From Amoeboradix gromovi X-113 (lineage: Eukaryota; Fungi; Sanchytriomycota), in contig JADGIF010000008.1 of assembly GCA_018985225.1 (NCBI GenBank), positions 15,731-47,730 of the forward strand: DNA of 32,000 bases, in the 5' to 3' direction. Both the position numbers and the translations under genes were made by a program. This document shows, piece by piece, positions 1 through 9,665 of the stretch; the first letter of the stretch is position 1; each line of letters begins with the position of its first letter. The notes under the pieces were generated by a model, which was given only the letters and a program-made list of their open reading frames with translations, made no database searches and had not been told where the DNA came from.

Positions 1-2237
1 TTAGAAATAGCTGGAATCTTAGTAATACTAAATCCTGTTTTCAAAGATTCCAACGACTTGTGAATAAGAATTGTTTTGGCTTGCAAATTGAACTGTCTTT
101 GTTCAACCTTGCTCAATTTTGCCAGATTCGTGCTTTTCTCGATTCTTAATCGTTGGCATTCAATAAGGATCTTATGCAAATTTGAATTAAAAGCTATCCT
201 ATTTCTTAATACATGGTGATTCATGATCAATGGGGATTTCTGGGCAAGAACCGAGTAACTTGATTTTACAGCGTCCATTTGGTTTTGGAATGCAGAGATC
301 CTAGCTAGTGTATGAATCAGCCTCACTCTATAGCTTTCCAGTTTAAGTAGCTTTAAATCCGAGTCATCTTTCTCAGTTTTCACCTTTTTCAGGGCATCTG
401 ACAAGAGTTCGTTCTCGTCATTTAAGCCTGAATACTTTGAATTTAGGTTCTTGACATCCGTATCCAGGATGCTATTTTTAGCTGCGCCCTGCTTGTACTC
501 CTCGTTCAGCTTCAGCAATAAGAGTTGTACTTGTTCTTTTGTCTTTTTCAGCTTTGCTATGTTTTCTACATATTTAATATGCTCATACTCCAACGCAAGT
601 TTTTCCAAAGAGCAGTCCTGCGTGATTTTACTTATTGAACTTTGGATCTCTGTGCTATCTACAATTTTACTTTCGATCTTGTTGATTTTTGAAAGTGTTT
701 GAAGCTGCAACTCCTGCAACAAGGCTTGTTCCACTCTCTTTCTTTCAACAGATTTGTTCAGAGTAATGAGACTTTCATTAACTGTAATCCAGCGCTTGTT
801 TAAAAAGGTTGTTTTATTATACAGCGCCAAACTTTGTGTTTCCAAAGTATTTTTCTTACTCTCTGCTATACTGATGTCTCTCATGATGCTGCCATGCTCT
901 GCTGATATCCTCATATATACAGAGCAACTTTCATCAGATTCTAATTGCTTCTTTTGCAGCTGTAACTTTAAGTCTCGATCTTCAATGGTGAGCAAATCCA
1001 ATTTCATTTGAATTTCCTCAGCACTACGCTTAAGGGACTGATCTTCCAGAGTACACCTTAAGACGTGACTTTTTAATAAGGCTGTAAAAGACTTTAAACT
1101 GTATAAAGTTTGCTCCAAATCGTTTACATGTGCAGTAGATATGTTTAAATCTTTACCAAGCATAGAATAGGTGCTCTCAAAGGCTGCTAGCAACTTGGAT
1201 GAATTTATATTCAGAACAAGCAAGTCCTGCTTCTGATTTCTTTGTTCTATCAATTTTGTGCTAGTTTTTGTGATTTTGGCAGCCACATTTTTTAATTGAG
1301 AGTTTGCCATATTTAAACTTTTATTCTCGTTTTGGACTTGATTATAAATAGTCAAGACTACTTTTCTCTTGTTGTGCAGCTTAAACTCAATTTCTCTTAA
1401 AACTTCTTGTGATTTCAACAACTTCTCTTTTTCTTCATCGAATTTCAATTTTATAACATTCAGCTCTTCTAGTCTCTCTTCAAAAACGATTTGGATATCA
1501 TTTATACAGTTTACTTTCAAGTCTAGATCAGTCTGAAGCTTGTTACTCTTTTCAGACTCAGCAATCAGAGCTGCACTAGATGAATAAACAGCGCTTTTCA
1601 GCAGCTGATAATTAGAGTTTATTGTATTGTGCTCATCTTGTTTCTGTAAGTACATCATCTTCAGATGCTCAATTCTTTTTACCGTGTCATCTAGTGAAGA
1701 CTTCTTGTACTCCAGAGTAGACAGAGACTCTGAAAGTACAAGAGTATTATTACTGATAAGCTGAAGTTTTGCAGATTTTAGACCCATTAGAGATTGAAAA
1801 TCAGCTCTTTTGGAAGCTAACAAATCGTTTAATTTTAAGACCACTGCTTGCTTTATTGATAACTCGGCCTTCAATCTGGAAATTTCAGATTTGTACTCAG
1901 ACAAGTCTACAGAAGAGCTTGATGCTGGAGTCTCTTTAAGACTTTTGATTCTTTTTTCTAAATCATATTTTGAATGTTGCCAAAACTTATCTTCTTCAAA
2001 ATTGCCCAAAGTACCCTGCAGCAAATTTCGCATTGTCTCCAATATTTGATAGGCGATTATTTCATCAGGAAAGTCATCTTGCAAAATCAGATGGTAATTT
2101 TCGTTTTGCACCATATACGTTTTTAAGAAATCCAATTTATAAGCAGAATCTACAACCATCTTCGTCACAATGGTGTGATAATCACTTGCTCTTTGGATAA
2201 GTATATTCAAAAATGCTTCGTCATCAACTGCAACCAT
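1..2237 (-). CDS. Long coiled-coil protein (>=745 aa), 3' end outside the window
   Basis: Not in the ORF track because it has no stop inside the window. Manual translation from ATG at 2237 (MVAVDDEAFLNILIQRASDY...) stays open to the window edge. It is rich in L/E/K/S/Q with heptad-like periodicity. Confidence 0.85.
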   Translation of the reverse strand, partial: MVAVDDEAFLNILIQRASDYHTIVTKMVVDSAYKLDFLKTYMVQNENYHLILQDDFPDEIIAYQILETMRNLLQGTLGNFEEDKFWQHSKYDLEKRIKSLKETPASSSSVDLSEYKSEISRLKAELSIKQAVVLKLNDLLASKRADFQSLMGLKSAKLQLISNNTLVLSESLSTLEYKKSSLDDTVKRIEHLKMMYLQKQDEHNTINSNYQLLKSAVYSSSAALIAESEKSNKLQTDLDLKVNCINDIQIVFEERLEELNVIKLKFDEEKEKLLKSQEVLREIEFKLHNKRKVVLTIYNQVQNENKSLNMANSQLKNVAAKITKTSTKLIEQRNQKQDLLVLNINSSKLLAAFESTYSMLGKDLNISTAHVNDLEQTLYSLKSFTALLKSHVLRCTLEDQSLKRSAEEIQMKLDLLTIEDRDLKLQLQKKQLESDESCSVYMRISAEHGSIMRDISIAESKKNTLETQSLALYNKTTFLNKRWITVNESLITLNKSVERKRVEQALLQELQLQTLSKINKIESKIVDSTEIQSSISKITQDCSLEKLALEYEHIKYVENIAKLKKTKEQVQLLLLKLNEEYKQGAAKNSILDTDVKNLNSKYSGLNDENELLSDALKKVKTEKDDSDLKLLKLESYRVRLIHTLARISAFQNQMDAVKSSYSVLAQKSPLIMNHHVLRNRIAFNSNLHKILIECQRLRIEKSTNLAKLSKVEQRQFNLQAKTILIHKSLESLKTGFSITKIPAIS

Positions 2238-2288
2238 TCTAAATTGACCTTTCAAATTTAGAAAAAATCTCCATTGTTTCTAATTAAA

Positions 2289-3152
2289 ATGTCTTCTAGT
2301 GCACAGGATGCTTTGAAATTTTTAGAATCTTTGGAGGGGGACCTCCAAAGTAAACAAGAGCCAGTAAAAGAAGAAATTTCGGATATTAAAAACATAAGTA
2401 CAGAATCTGACTCTACACCACCTATAAAAGAGCAACCCAAAACTACAGAATTGGATTCAAAAACACAAAAAGATCAAGGGCAATACAAACTTCCGACTTC
2501 TTTCTCATTCGGTACCTTTAATACAGCGCTCAAAACTTATTTGAAAGAAGAAAACGTTCAAAAAGCCAAAGAGAATGTGTCAAAGAATGTTTCTTCGATG
2601 GCTAGCGCATTCATCTCTTCGTTCAATGTCCCTCCTTCATTGCAAATTAAGTGTAATGTCAATTCCCCTCTTCCTTTAAATCAAGATACCAAATATACAC
2701 TTCAAGAGATTTGGGGTAACGCTACTCACGGTAGATGGGGGTTTGATTATGATGTCAAGGAAAATCACAAAGTTCTGTTTAGCAATAACTGGAATGAATT
2801 GGTGTCTGTTATTAAATCAGATGTTAAACAAACAGATGACCTAAGCATAACTCTCATCATTAATCAGTTTCGATGGCTAGATGCAGAGTTTAACAATGAA
2901 AATACTACTGGGAACAGCATCGATAGCAAGGAAAAGACTATATCTTCAACATACAAAGATACTGAAATGGAGTCAAACCTAGACTTGCCAGCCCAACTAA
3001 AATTAGAAGGCTATGTTTTTTTAATAAAAGTGCTGGATATTGTAGAGGTTGGATTAATTCACGGAAGATACTGCCAAAACATGCTTTGGGGATTGATTGA
3101 AAACGCTTTTGAACAATGCGGTCGTCAATTTCAGCTCAAGTACGCTAAGTAA
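2289..3152 (+). CDS. Hypothetical protein, possibly Mtc1 (maintenance of telomere capping 1)-like
   Basis: First ATG at 2289 (the track starts at an upstream TTG). The N-terminus MSSSAQDALKFLESLE resembles the 'aL.FLd.L' start of fungal Mtc1 proteins and is followed by a low-complexity linker. Family call is from memory and tentative. Confidence 0.5.
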   Translation: MSSSAQDALKFLESLEGDLQSKQEPVKEEISDIKNISTESDSTPPIKEQPKTTELDSKTQKDQGQYKLPTSFSFGTFNTALKTYLKEENVQKAKENVSKNVSSMASAFISSFNVPPSLQIKCNVNSPLPLNQDTKYTLQEIWGNATHGRWGFDYDVKENHKVLFSNNWNELVSVIKSDVKQTDDLSITLIINQFRWLDAEFNNENTTGNSIDSKEKTISSTYKDTEMESNLDLPAQLKLEGYVFLIKVLDIVEVGLIHGRYCQNMLWGLIENAFEQCGRQFQLKYAK

Positions 3153-3185
3153 ATTTTATATAATCGCTATTACAATTATTTATTA

Positions 3186-4079
3186 CTATACCAAGATACA
3201 TTGATTTTCAATTTTGTGCCACTGATAAACATCCAATGCCAAGCAATAAGTTGCCAAAGCAGCAAATAACGCAAACCAATGCCAGATTTGATGACTGTGA
3301 AATAGGTAATCAAAGGCTCCTGGTGCATATCTCTCAGGGACTCTTAGTGCGTATATACAAGCGCCCCCAACATAAAATACTGTCATCAAAATCAGACCGA
3401 AAGCTCCCATCATTCCAGCAAACGGAAAAACCAATGAGTTGTTATAAACGTGTAAGAGAGATGGGATAGCACTAGAAAAACCAGTCGCCATGTAAACATA
3501 CACCCTAATTAAGGGATGCTTTTTGAAATAATCGACAAATGATCCGACAACTCCAACCATTGATAAAGACCCAATGAAAGTCAAATGAAGAATCTGGGAT
3601 TCGGCGCTGCAATAATAGAGATAATATGTCACAATCATGGATGATCCCATTACCATAAAACTAATTCCAGAATAATCTAAACACGCAAAGAAATTATGAG
3701 TTTTTATACATTGATTGCAGTGCAAGTGGAATAAGGTAGAGCATAAGAAACATTTGATTGAGCAAATGCAAAATACTGAAAACATAAGTTTATCCATGAG
3801 ATCAAACTCTGTATCCCAAATCCAAATATCATATAAAATGTAAGAAAATATCAAGGTAGCAAGTATATGAATATATATATTGCCAGTTTCGTTATGGAGA
3901 TAAGTCAAAGATCTCCAGCTTTCTTTGAAGTTCTTTGAAATTCTGTAACCATCTAATATATATGCATTTCGGGCGTATATTGGTGCTTCATCTCTTTTGA
4001 AAACTCTTCTAATGGTTTTTTCTTCTAGCTTTTCATCAACTTGGTATGAGACTGAAGTATTCGATCTACGAATTAGCAT
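3186..4079 (-). CDS. PAQR / adiponectin-receptor / IZH family (hemolysin-III domain) membrane protein
   Basis: Motifs HNETGNIYIH, STLFH, LDYSGIS and RVPERYAPGAFDYLFHSHQIWH, with about 7 hydrophobic segments. Confidence 0.95.
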   Translation of the reverse strand: MLIRRSNTSVSYQVDEKLEEKTIRRVFKRDEAPIYARNAYILDGYRISKNFKESWRSLTYLHNETGNIYIHILATLIFSYILYDIWIWDTEFDLMDKLMFSVFCICSIKCFLCSTLFHLHCNQCIKTHNFFACLDYSGISFMVMGSSMIVTYYLYYCSAESQILHLTFIGSLSMVGVVGSFVDYFKKHPLIRVYVYMATGFSSAIPSLLHVYNNSLVFPFAGMMGAFGLILMTVFYVGGACIYALRVPERYAPGAFDYLFHSHQIWHWFALFAALATYCLALDVYQWHKIENQCILV

Positions 4080-4127
4080 TTGAAACAGGTTCCAGGATCA
4101 GGAGATTCCTGGGACACGCTCTACAAT

Positions 4128-4519
4128 TGGGACATCAAATATAAAAACTGGACTAACTTTCTGTAACAACTTGGAAGATTATTTCAGCTTTATTACTTTA
4201 TGGATTTAAGAGACGAGTGGACATTCAGCTAGTTGCGGAGTTGACGAGTATAAAAGGAAAATAATGATGTTAGTATAACATTACAAAATGACCCTAGAAA
4301 ATAGTACCGTCTAAGAAAATGCACCTTTTGCTTAGATGCTCAAAGACCTCATATATTTGAACGAGATGCAGGGTCTTCTAGTTTTATTTTGAAGAGGGGA
4401 TTGAAAGTAATGAAAGAAAGTTGGTATAATAGAAGATCTTTTATTAATGATAGCATTTCCTCCTTATGGAGCACCTTCTTTAAAAACGAGTTACTCTAGT
4501 TTTTATATTTGATGTCCCA
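4128..4519 (+). mobile_element. TIR element copy 1 (392 bp), non-autonomous, carrying a degenerate TnpB/Fanzor-like C-terminus
   Basis: Left TIR TGGGACATCAAATATAAAAACTGGA and right TIR TCTAGTTTTTATATTTGATGTCCCA, flanked by AT...AT. Frame 4305-4499 reads YRLRKCTFCLDAQRPHIFERDAGSSSFILKRGLKVMKESWYNRRSFINDSISSLWSTFFKNELL*. Frame 4202-4261 reads GFKRRVDIQLVAELTSIKGK. Confidence 0.9.
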
Positions 4520-5681
4520 ATGAACAAACAGCAATATGCTTGTCCTGTATCACGTTATTCAGTTAAATTAATCAACTATTGATGGTTCTACCTAATAGCT
4601 CTCACGCTTTTCAATAATCCCTGGTTCCTTTCTGAGATTGATTGCGGCAATGACCAATGGATGGCAAAACTTTCACAAGTTTAGCGTCTTGTAGTACATA
4701 GGACTCATTGATTATTTTCCCACACCAGCAGATGTCCAAGTAAGTTCTTTCATTATCAATAATGCTTGGATATAACTAAAGTATTAAATTTAGGTTTCTG
4801 AATACGCAATTGCTTTCTTTAGTAAAGTTGGATGTGTTTGTGGCCTAGTTTACCGCGTGAGATATGATCCAGATATCTATGGAATACTAGGCAGGTCGGT
4901 AGTGGCTTGAATTTAATGGAAATTGATAGTCTAATAAATTTTGAGTGCCAGTGCTGCTTTAAGCAAGTAACATCTAGAAATCATTTGTTAAAATGCGTAG
5001 ACTTCATTAAATTCGCTAGATCTTGCTATAATGTCAGTACGTATGCTCAATTAGAGATGCTAGTCCATGTAAGAGGTCTAATATTTATTAGTAAATAAAA
5101 TTTATATCCTGTTTGACTCGCTTTTCGTCTCCTTACTTATACACTGAATCTCAGATTTTTATTTATTGAAACAAGAAAAATACTGTATAGCAACTAGAAA
5201 GGAAATAAAAGCAAGCAGCTAAAAGATAAAGAATCGAGTTAACAGTTTTACAATGTTCAATACAAATGTTCCCTAAACTGTAGTACTGTCTTCCTAGACC
5301 TTGCAATGTCCATAAATTAACAAGGTCATGAAAAACGACAAAATTGAGTCAGACGCGGAAGGCTTCTTCAAAAGCGATATCGGCCCCACATTGGAATTAA
5401 AACTATGAAGAAAGTGAAAGAACGTGATGTGAAGTAACGCTATATTGTTATGGCATTGCAGCACAACTAAAACTGTCACCGATGAATTTCAAATAGGATA
5501 CAAACGATTGCGCTTGGTAGAAAGACTTAATTTTGATTGTCTCTTAGTTTGGGGCAAAAGAAGAGGTATAGATGAGAAATAGCTGACACATAATAGAGTA
5601 TGGAAGAAATTCTAGTAGACTGGTTTTACTTTTTTGAGACATTTGTTTTAAAACGTCCATTAATTTTTTGGAAATTCATTC

Positions 5682-6783
5682 ATGTCTATCAAGTCCATCA
5701 AAAGTGTATCCACAGTCAGAAGACCACCAAAATTGTTGTCACATACTGATTCTAAAATAAACAATGCCTTCATCAACGGTATTTACTATGTCCATTCTCT
5801 TAAAAAGTTAAAGGATTTTAATCTGCACCATCAGCAATCTGGTATAACATCGAACATAATTTATTGTGATTTCCAGCTCAAGATGAGCCAATTTGGGTAC
5901 TATTACTTGTATTCGTTTATTGAAATTGACGATTCCAGCGTCTACGACTTCGAATTAAATAGTGGCGAGTTGGAAATATTTAAAGCTGATGATTTCAAGA
6001 TCGGCAAACTTATTGCTTGTGGTAATAGTTGCAAAATCACTTTAGATTCAGGGGTTTATCTGCTAGCAATTTCATATAAACACCAGATTGATGGTGCAGT
6101 TGATGATGACCTTGTCACGTACTCTAACTCACCTGATGTATCATTAAAATACTCTTCCATAGGTGTAGCGTGGCCTTTGAATGTCAGAAACATTGAACAG
6201 CAAGTGATTCCAAAGACAAAGTGTCAGTTGCCCATAAGTTCTTTATTCACCCCGACAAAAAACGAGTTGAAATATTTACAAGTAGACAACAATTCAGTAA
6301 GTAGCATGTCATCAAGAGCCCCACAAAGACGACCAATGGCCCCGAATAAGTTAAAACGGCGCAGTTCTGCAGACCCAAATGAAATGCGAGATATTTTAGA
6401 ATACAAGGAGCATTTAGAGAGACAGTTGCATTATTATTCAAGCGTTTATAATATTAATATAGATGGCAAATCATACAACCCAAATGTTGTCTACAGTACT
6501 CGGAATTTCGTTTGATGAATCTTCTTCAAACGAAAACGTAGATTACTCAGAGTCCTTGGTGAATGAATGCAATTCTAAAGACAGAGAATCATCTTTTTCA
6601 CCACTTAGATTGCAGAGCAGTTTGGAGTTTATGAAGAATCTATGCATTTCATCACTGCTTAATCTATTGAAGAAAGAATACAACAAAAATACAATGACAA
6701 CAAGCGATGCATTGGAACTAGTTGAAGATGTTCCAGTTGAATTGTGGGTTACAGCAATTGTTAATAAATTGGAATTACAATGA
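5682..6783 (+). CDS. Hypothetical protein (~360 aa), predicted join(5682..6443,6463..6783)
   Basis: Overlapping out-of-frame ORFs 5682..6515 and 6463..6783 fuse in frame (...QLHYYSS|MANHTTQML...) when a 19-nt GT..AG intron at 6444-6462 is removed. Confidence 0.7.
6444..6462 (+). other. Predicted 19-nt spliceosomal intron GTTTATAATATTAATATAG
   Basis: GT..TAG, ends TTAATATAG (A at -6), phase 0, and joins two ORFs. Confidence 0.7.
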
Positions 6784-6890
6784 TCTCAACTTCTAGAATT
6801 TCTCTTTTACAATAGATGAGTAAATGTTATCTTATTAGTGACCGAAACAACTTCTAAGCACATATCGCTGTGACGTATCTAGTAACTCAC

Positions 6891-7165
6891 TAACTAACTC
6901 TCTGAAGTAGTTTGAATTATTATTTCAAGTGTGTATTAACCGATAGTAAATTAAATTAATCAGATTGGTTGCACCTTTTGCCCAGACACTCAAAGACCTT
7001 ATTTGAGAGAGATAGTGGGTCACCTTGTTTTATTTTAAAGAGAGGAATGGCATTAATGAAAGAAAATTGGTTTGAAAGAAGAGCTTTTATTAATAATGGT
7101 ATTTCCTCCTTATGGAATACCTACTTTAAAAAAGACTTGGTCTAGTTTTTATATTTGGTGTCCCA
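6891..7165 (+). mobile_element. TIR element copy 2, left TIR missing (5'-truncated)
   Basis: Aligns by eye to copies 3 and 5 from about 6891 to the right TIR GTCTAGTTTTTATATTTGGTGTCCCA. It encodes LFERDSGSPCFILKRGMALMKENWFERRAFINNGISSLWNTYFKKDLV*. Confidence 0.9.
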
Positions 7166-7282
7166 TGTATCCTTATCATTCCCATTTCAGGGTAAACGTA
7201 TAACTTGGATTATGAGGGTACCTGATTGGCCAATCTCTAATTTGTAATTATTACAAAAAAAAGATCACTGTACTCCTTGAAA

Positions 7283-8320
7283 ATGTTTAACAAATTCAAA
7301 GCAATGGCAGAAGAGAAGGTTACTGAGAAGTTGTCTTCAATGAACCTTGGCTCATCCTCTTCTGAAAATGCAAAATCAGACTCCAAAATTGAAATTGTAA
7401 CACTAAGCGAAATCCCAAAAGATGCAAAGCGCAAAGCATTGTTTGTTGGCATCAATTACTTTGGTACCAAGGCTGAGCTGCGAGGCTGCATTAATGATGT
7501 TAAGAACATTCGCGAGTGGCTAGAACAGAACTACAAATTCGATGAAATGAAAGTTTTAACAGATGACAACAAAGATGACATGCCAACTCACGCCAACATG
7601 GTTTCTGCATTCAAATGGCTCGTAAAAGATGCTAAACGTGGAGATAGTTTATTTTTCCACTTTAGTGGCCATGGTGGATTTATCGCTGACAAGGACAATG
7701 ACGAGCATGATTGTCAAGATGAGACCATTATCCCAGTAGACTATGAAAAAGCAGGCCAAATAACTGATGACGAGTTGCATGAGTTATTAGTTGTAGGATT
7801 ACCGGAAGGCGTTCGTTTAACTTGTCTCTTTGACTGCTGCCATTCTGGTTCTGCTCTAGATTTGCCATTTACTTATTTAGATAATGGTAAGATTGAGGTC
7901 ATCGTTAACGATTCCAACTTTCAAAATGTTGCAGTTCAGTCTTTAATGCAGAGTGGGTTAAAATTCATTTCAGGAGAAAAGGATAAGGCCTTCCAGGAGC
8001 TAGGTGATAACGTAAAGCTGTTCTTGAAAAATAGAGATAAAAAGGGAAATCCATCTGCCAAGGAAAAGTTAGCAAGTGCTGATGTGATCATGTTTAGCGG
8101 TTGTAGAGATGAGCAAACTAGTGCTGACGCAGTACTGGCTGGTAGGCCAACTGGTGCTATGACTCATGCTCTTATTAAATCATTGTCTGAGCATGGGCAT
8201 AACCAATCTTTTGTTGATCTATTAAAGAACATCAGAATTAACTTAAAAGGACAGTTTACTCAGATTCCACAGCTAAGTTGTGGTAAACCATTAGATATGC
8301 GATCTCCTTTTTCATTATAA
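7283..8320 (+). CDS. MCA1: Type I metacaspase (peptidase C14)
   Basis: RKALFVGINYFGT, LRGCINDV, catalytic His in FSGHGG, catalytic Cys in FDCCHSGSALDLPF, SGCRDEQTSAD and QIPQLS. First ATG at 7283. Confidence 0.95.
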   Translation: MFNKFKAMAEEKVTEKLSSMNLGSSSSENAKSDSKIEIVTLSEIPKDAKRKALFVGINYFGTKAELRGCINDVKNIREWLEQNYKFDEMKVLTDDNKDDMPTHANMVSAFKWLVKDAKRGDSLFFHFSGHGGFIADKDNDEHDCQDETIIPVDYEKAGQITDDELHELLVVGLPEGVRLTCLFDCCHSGSALDLPFTYLDNGKIEVIVNDSNFQNVAVQSLMQSGLKFISGEKDKAFQELGDNVKLFLKNRDKKGNPSAKEKLASADVIMFSGCRDEQTSADAVLAGRPTGAMTHALIKSLSEHGHNQSFVDLLKNIRINLKGQFTQIPQLSCGKPLDMRSPFSL

Positions 8321-8343
8321 GTAGAATAAATCTATTTATTGCA

Positions 8344-9639
8344 TTATCTTATTATTTTGATCCCAGTCGGAAGTTGCTTATCGAAATACTCACAAATTGC
8401 TTTTACATACGTAAATGTTTCTGGTGATAATAAATATTTGTCTCCTGTTTTTGTCAAGGTCATGAAAAAGACTGAATTCATTTCGATCATATCAAACACT
8501 GGGTTGTTTAAGTTGTGTTCAAAATCTGAAGTCATGAGTATTACACCCAGCTTGATCCCAAACTCGATAAATACACTTTTTATATGTACAAACTCTGATA
8601 AGAATGAAATGATATCCGCATGATCGTGTACAGTGTCTATATCAAATAGAAATGAACATTTTGCAAGTCTAGCAAAATTGCCATTTCGTAAAGTAGGAAA
8701 CTTGTTTTTAATCTTCATTTGTATCTTAAATTCCTGAACCGTTAAAACGCTAAACAGATCATCAAATAATCCAATATCTAAATAGTCATCACTCTCATAG
8801 TAGAGGGAATCTAACTTTGGTATTATAGACCAATCCAGGTCAATTAATGACTGAAAAGGAATCTTGTTTAGCTCACTTCCACAAAAGAATATATGGCCAA
8901 CTAATGGAAAAGATCTAAAAAACATTTTCAACAGCTCTTGTGGGGAATAATTTTTGAAAATGGAAGTACAAGACAAGCAGAACATTTTGATTTTATTCGA
9001 TCTGCTGAAGTCTTTGATGTTGATAAACTCGCAGTCGATTAGAGTAAGTATACGAATATTGAGGCATTTTAGAATAAATGTAAAATTCTTCCAGTTTACC
9101 AACGTTTGAGCAATTTCAACGCTGTACAGTGCTTTTAAATTGTACATGAATGCGAAGTTAAAAGAACAATGATCTTGAGGTGCAAATCTTATGTGATTGC
9201 AAGTGATGTTCCACTCTACGATATTTACAAAATCGGGATGGATATCAAGATCGACCCGAAATAAGTCATATGGTTTGATATAGGAGACCATTTTTTTAAA
9301 TTTCTTAAATGTCCTATTGTTGGGCTTCTTTTTCATTTCAATCAATAAGCGAATCCGGTAATCTGGAACATTAGCACGTATTGCATCTAAATAAGACAAC
9401 TCTTGCAGTATGAATTCATCATCCAGAACAAAAGGGTATTCTTGATGTTTAATTGCTAGATTGTATTGCAAAGCCAGCTTTGGAACCATATTCATTCTTT
9501 TTAACCCTTGCTTACGTAGCCATCTAAAAAACTCAAAGTCAAATTCTTTTTGCATCATTGTTATCAAGCTTGTAATAAAGTCTTCGTCCACGTCTGAGAC
9601 ACACTCTTGGACATCACGATTTTTTGCTAATTTTCTCAT
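8344..9639 (-). CDS. Hypothetical protein (~431 aa), possibly LRR/RNI-like
   Basis: Long intact ORF with first ATG at 9639; the track start at 9678 is a TTG overlapping the next gene. Only loose LxxLxL-like segments (LKALYSV, IRILTLIDC, LDSLYY) are seen, so the family is not established. Confidence 0.7.
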   Translation of the reverse strand: MRKLAKNRDVQECVSDVDEDFITSLITMMQKEFDFEFFRWLRKQGLKRMNMVPKLALQYNLAIKHQEYPFVLDDEFILQELSYLDAIRANVPDYRIRLLIEMKKKPNNRTFKKFKKMVSYIKPYDLFRVDLDIHPDFVNIVEWNITCNHIRFAPQDHCSFNFAFMYNLKALYSVEIAQTLVNWKNFTFILKCLNIRILTLIDCEFINIKDFSRSNKIKMFCLSCTSIFKNYSPQELLKMFFRSFPLVGHIFFCGSELNKIPFQSLIDLDWSIIPKLDSLYYESDDYLDIGLFDDLFSVLTVQEFKIQMKIKNKFPTLRNGNFARLAKCSFLFDIDTVHDHADIISFLSEFVHIKSVFIEFGIKLGVILMTSDFEHNLNNPVFDMIEMNSVFFMTLTKTGDKYLLSPETFTYVKAICEYFDKQLPTGIKIIR

Positions 9640-9665
9640 GAGAATCCCTGTTTGAGATTTGTAGA

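Noticed and set aside
451-2200. Short plus-strand ORFs (451..702, 754..1011, 1810..2049, 1970..2200)
   Set aside because: They are antisense shadows of the long minus-strand coiled-coil ORF. The same applies to the many short ORFs opposite other genes (e.g. 26554..27237).
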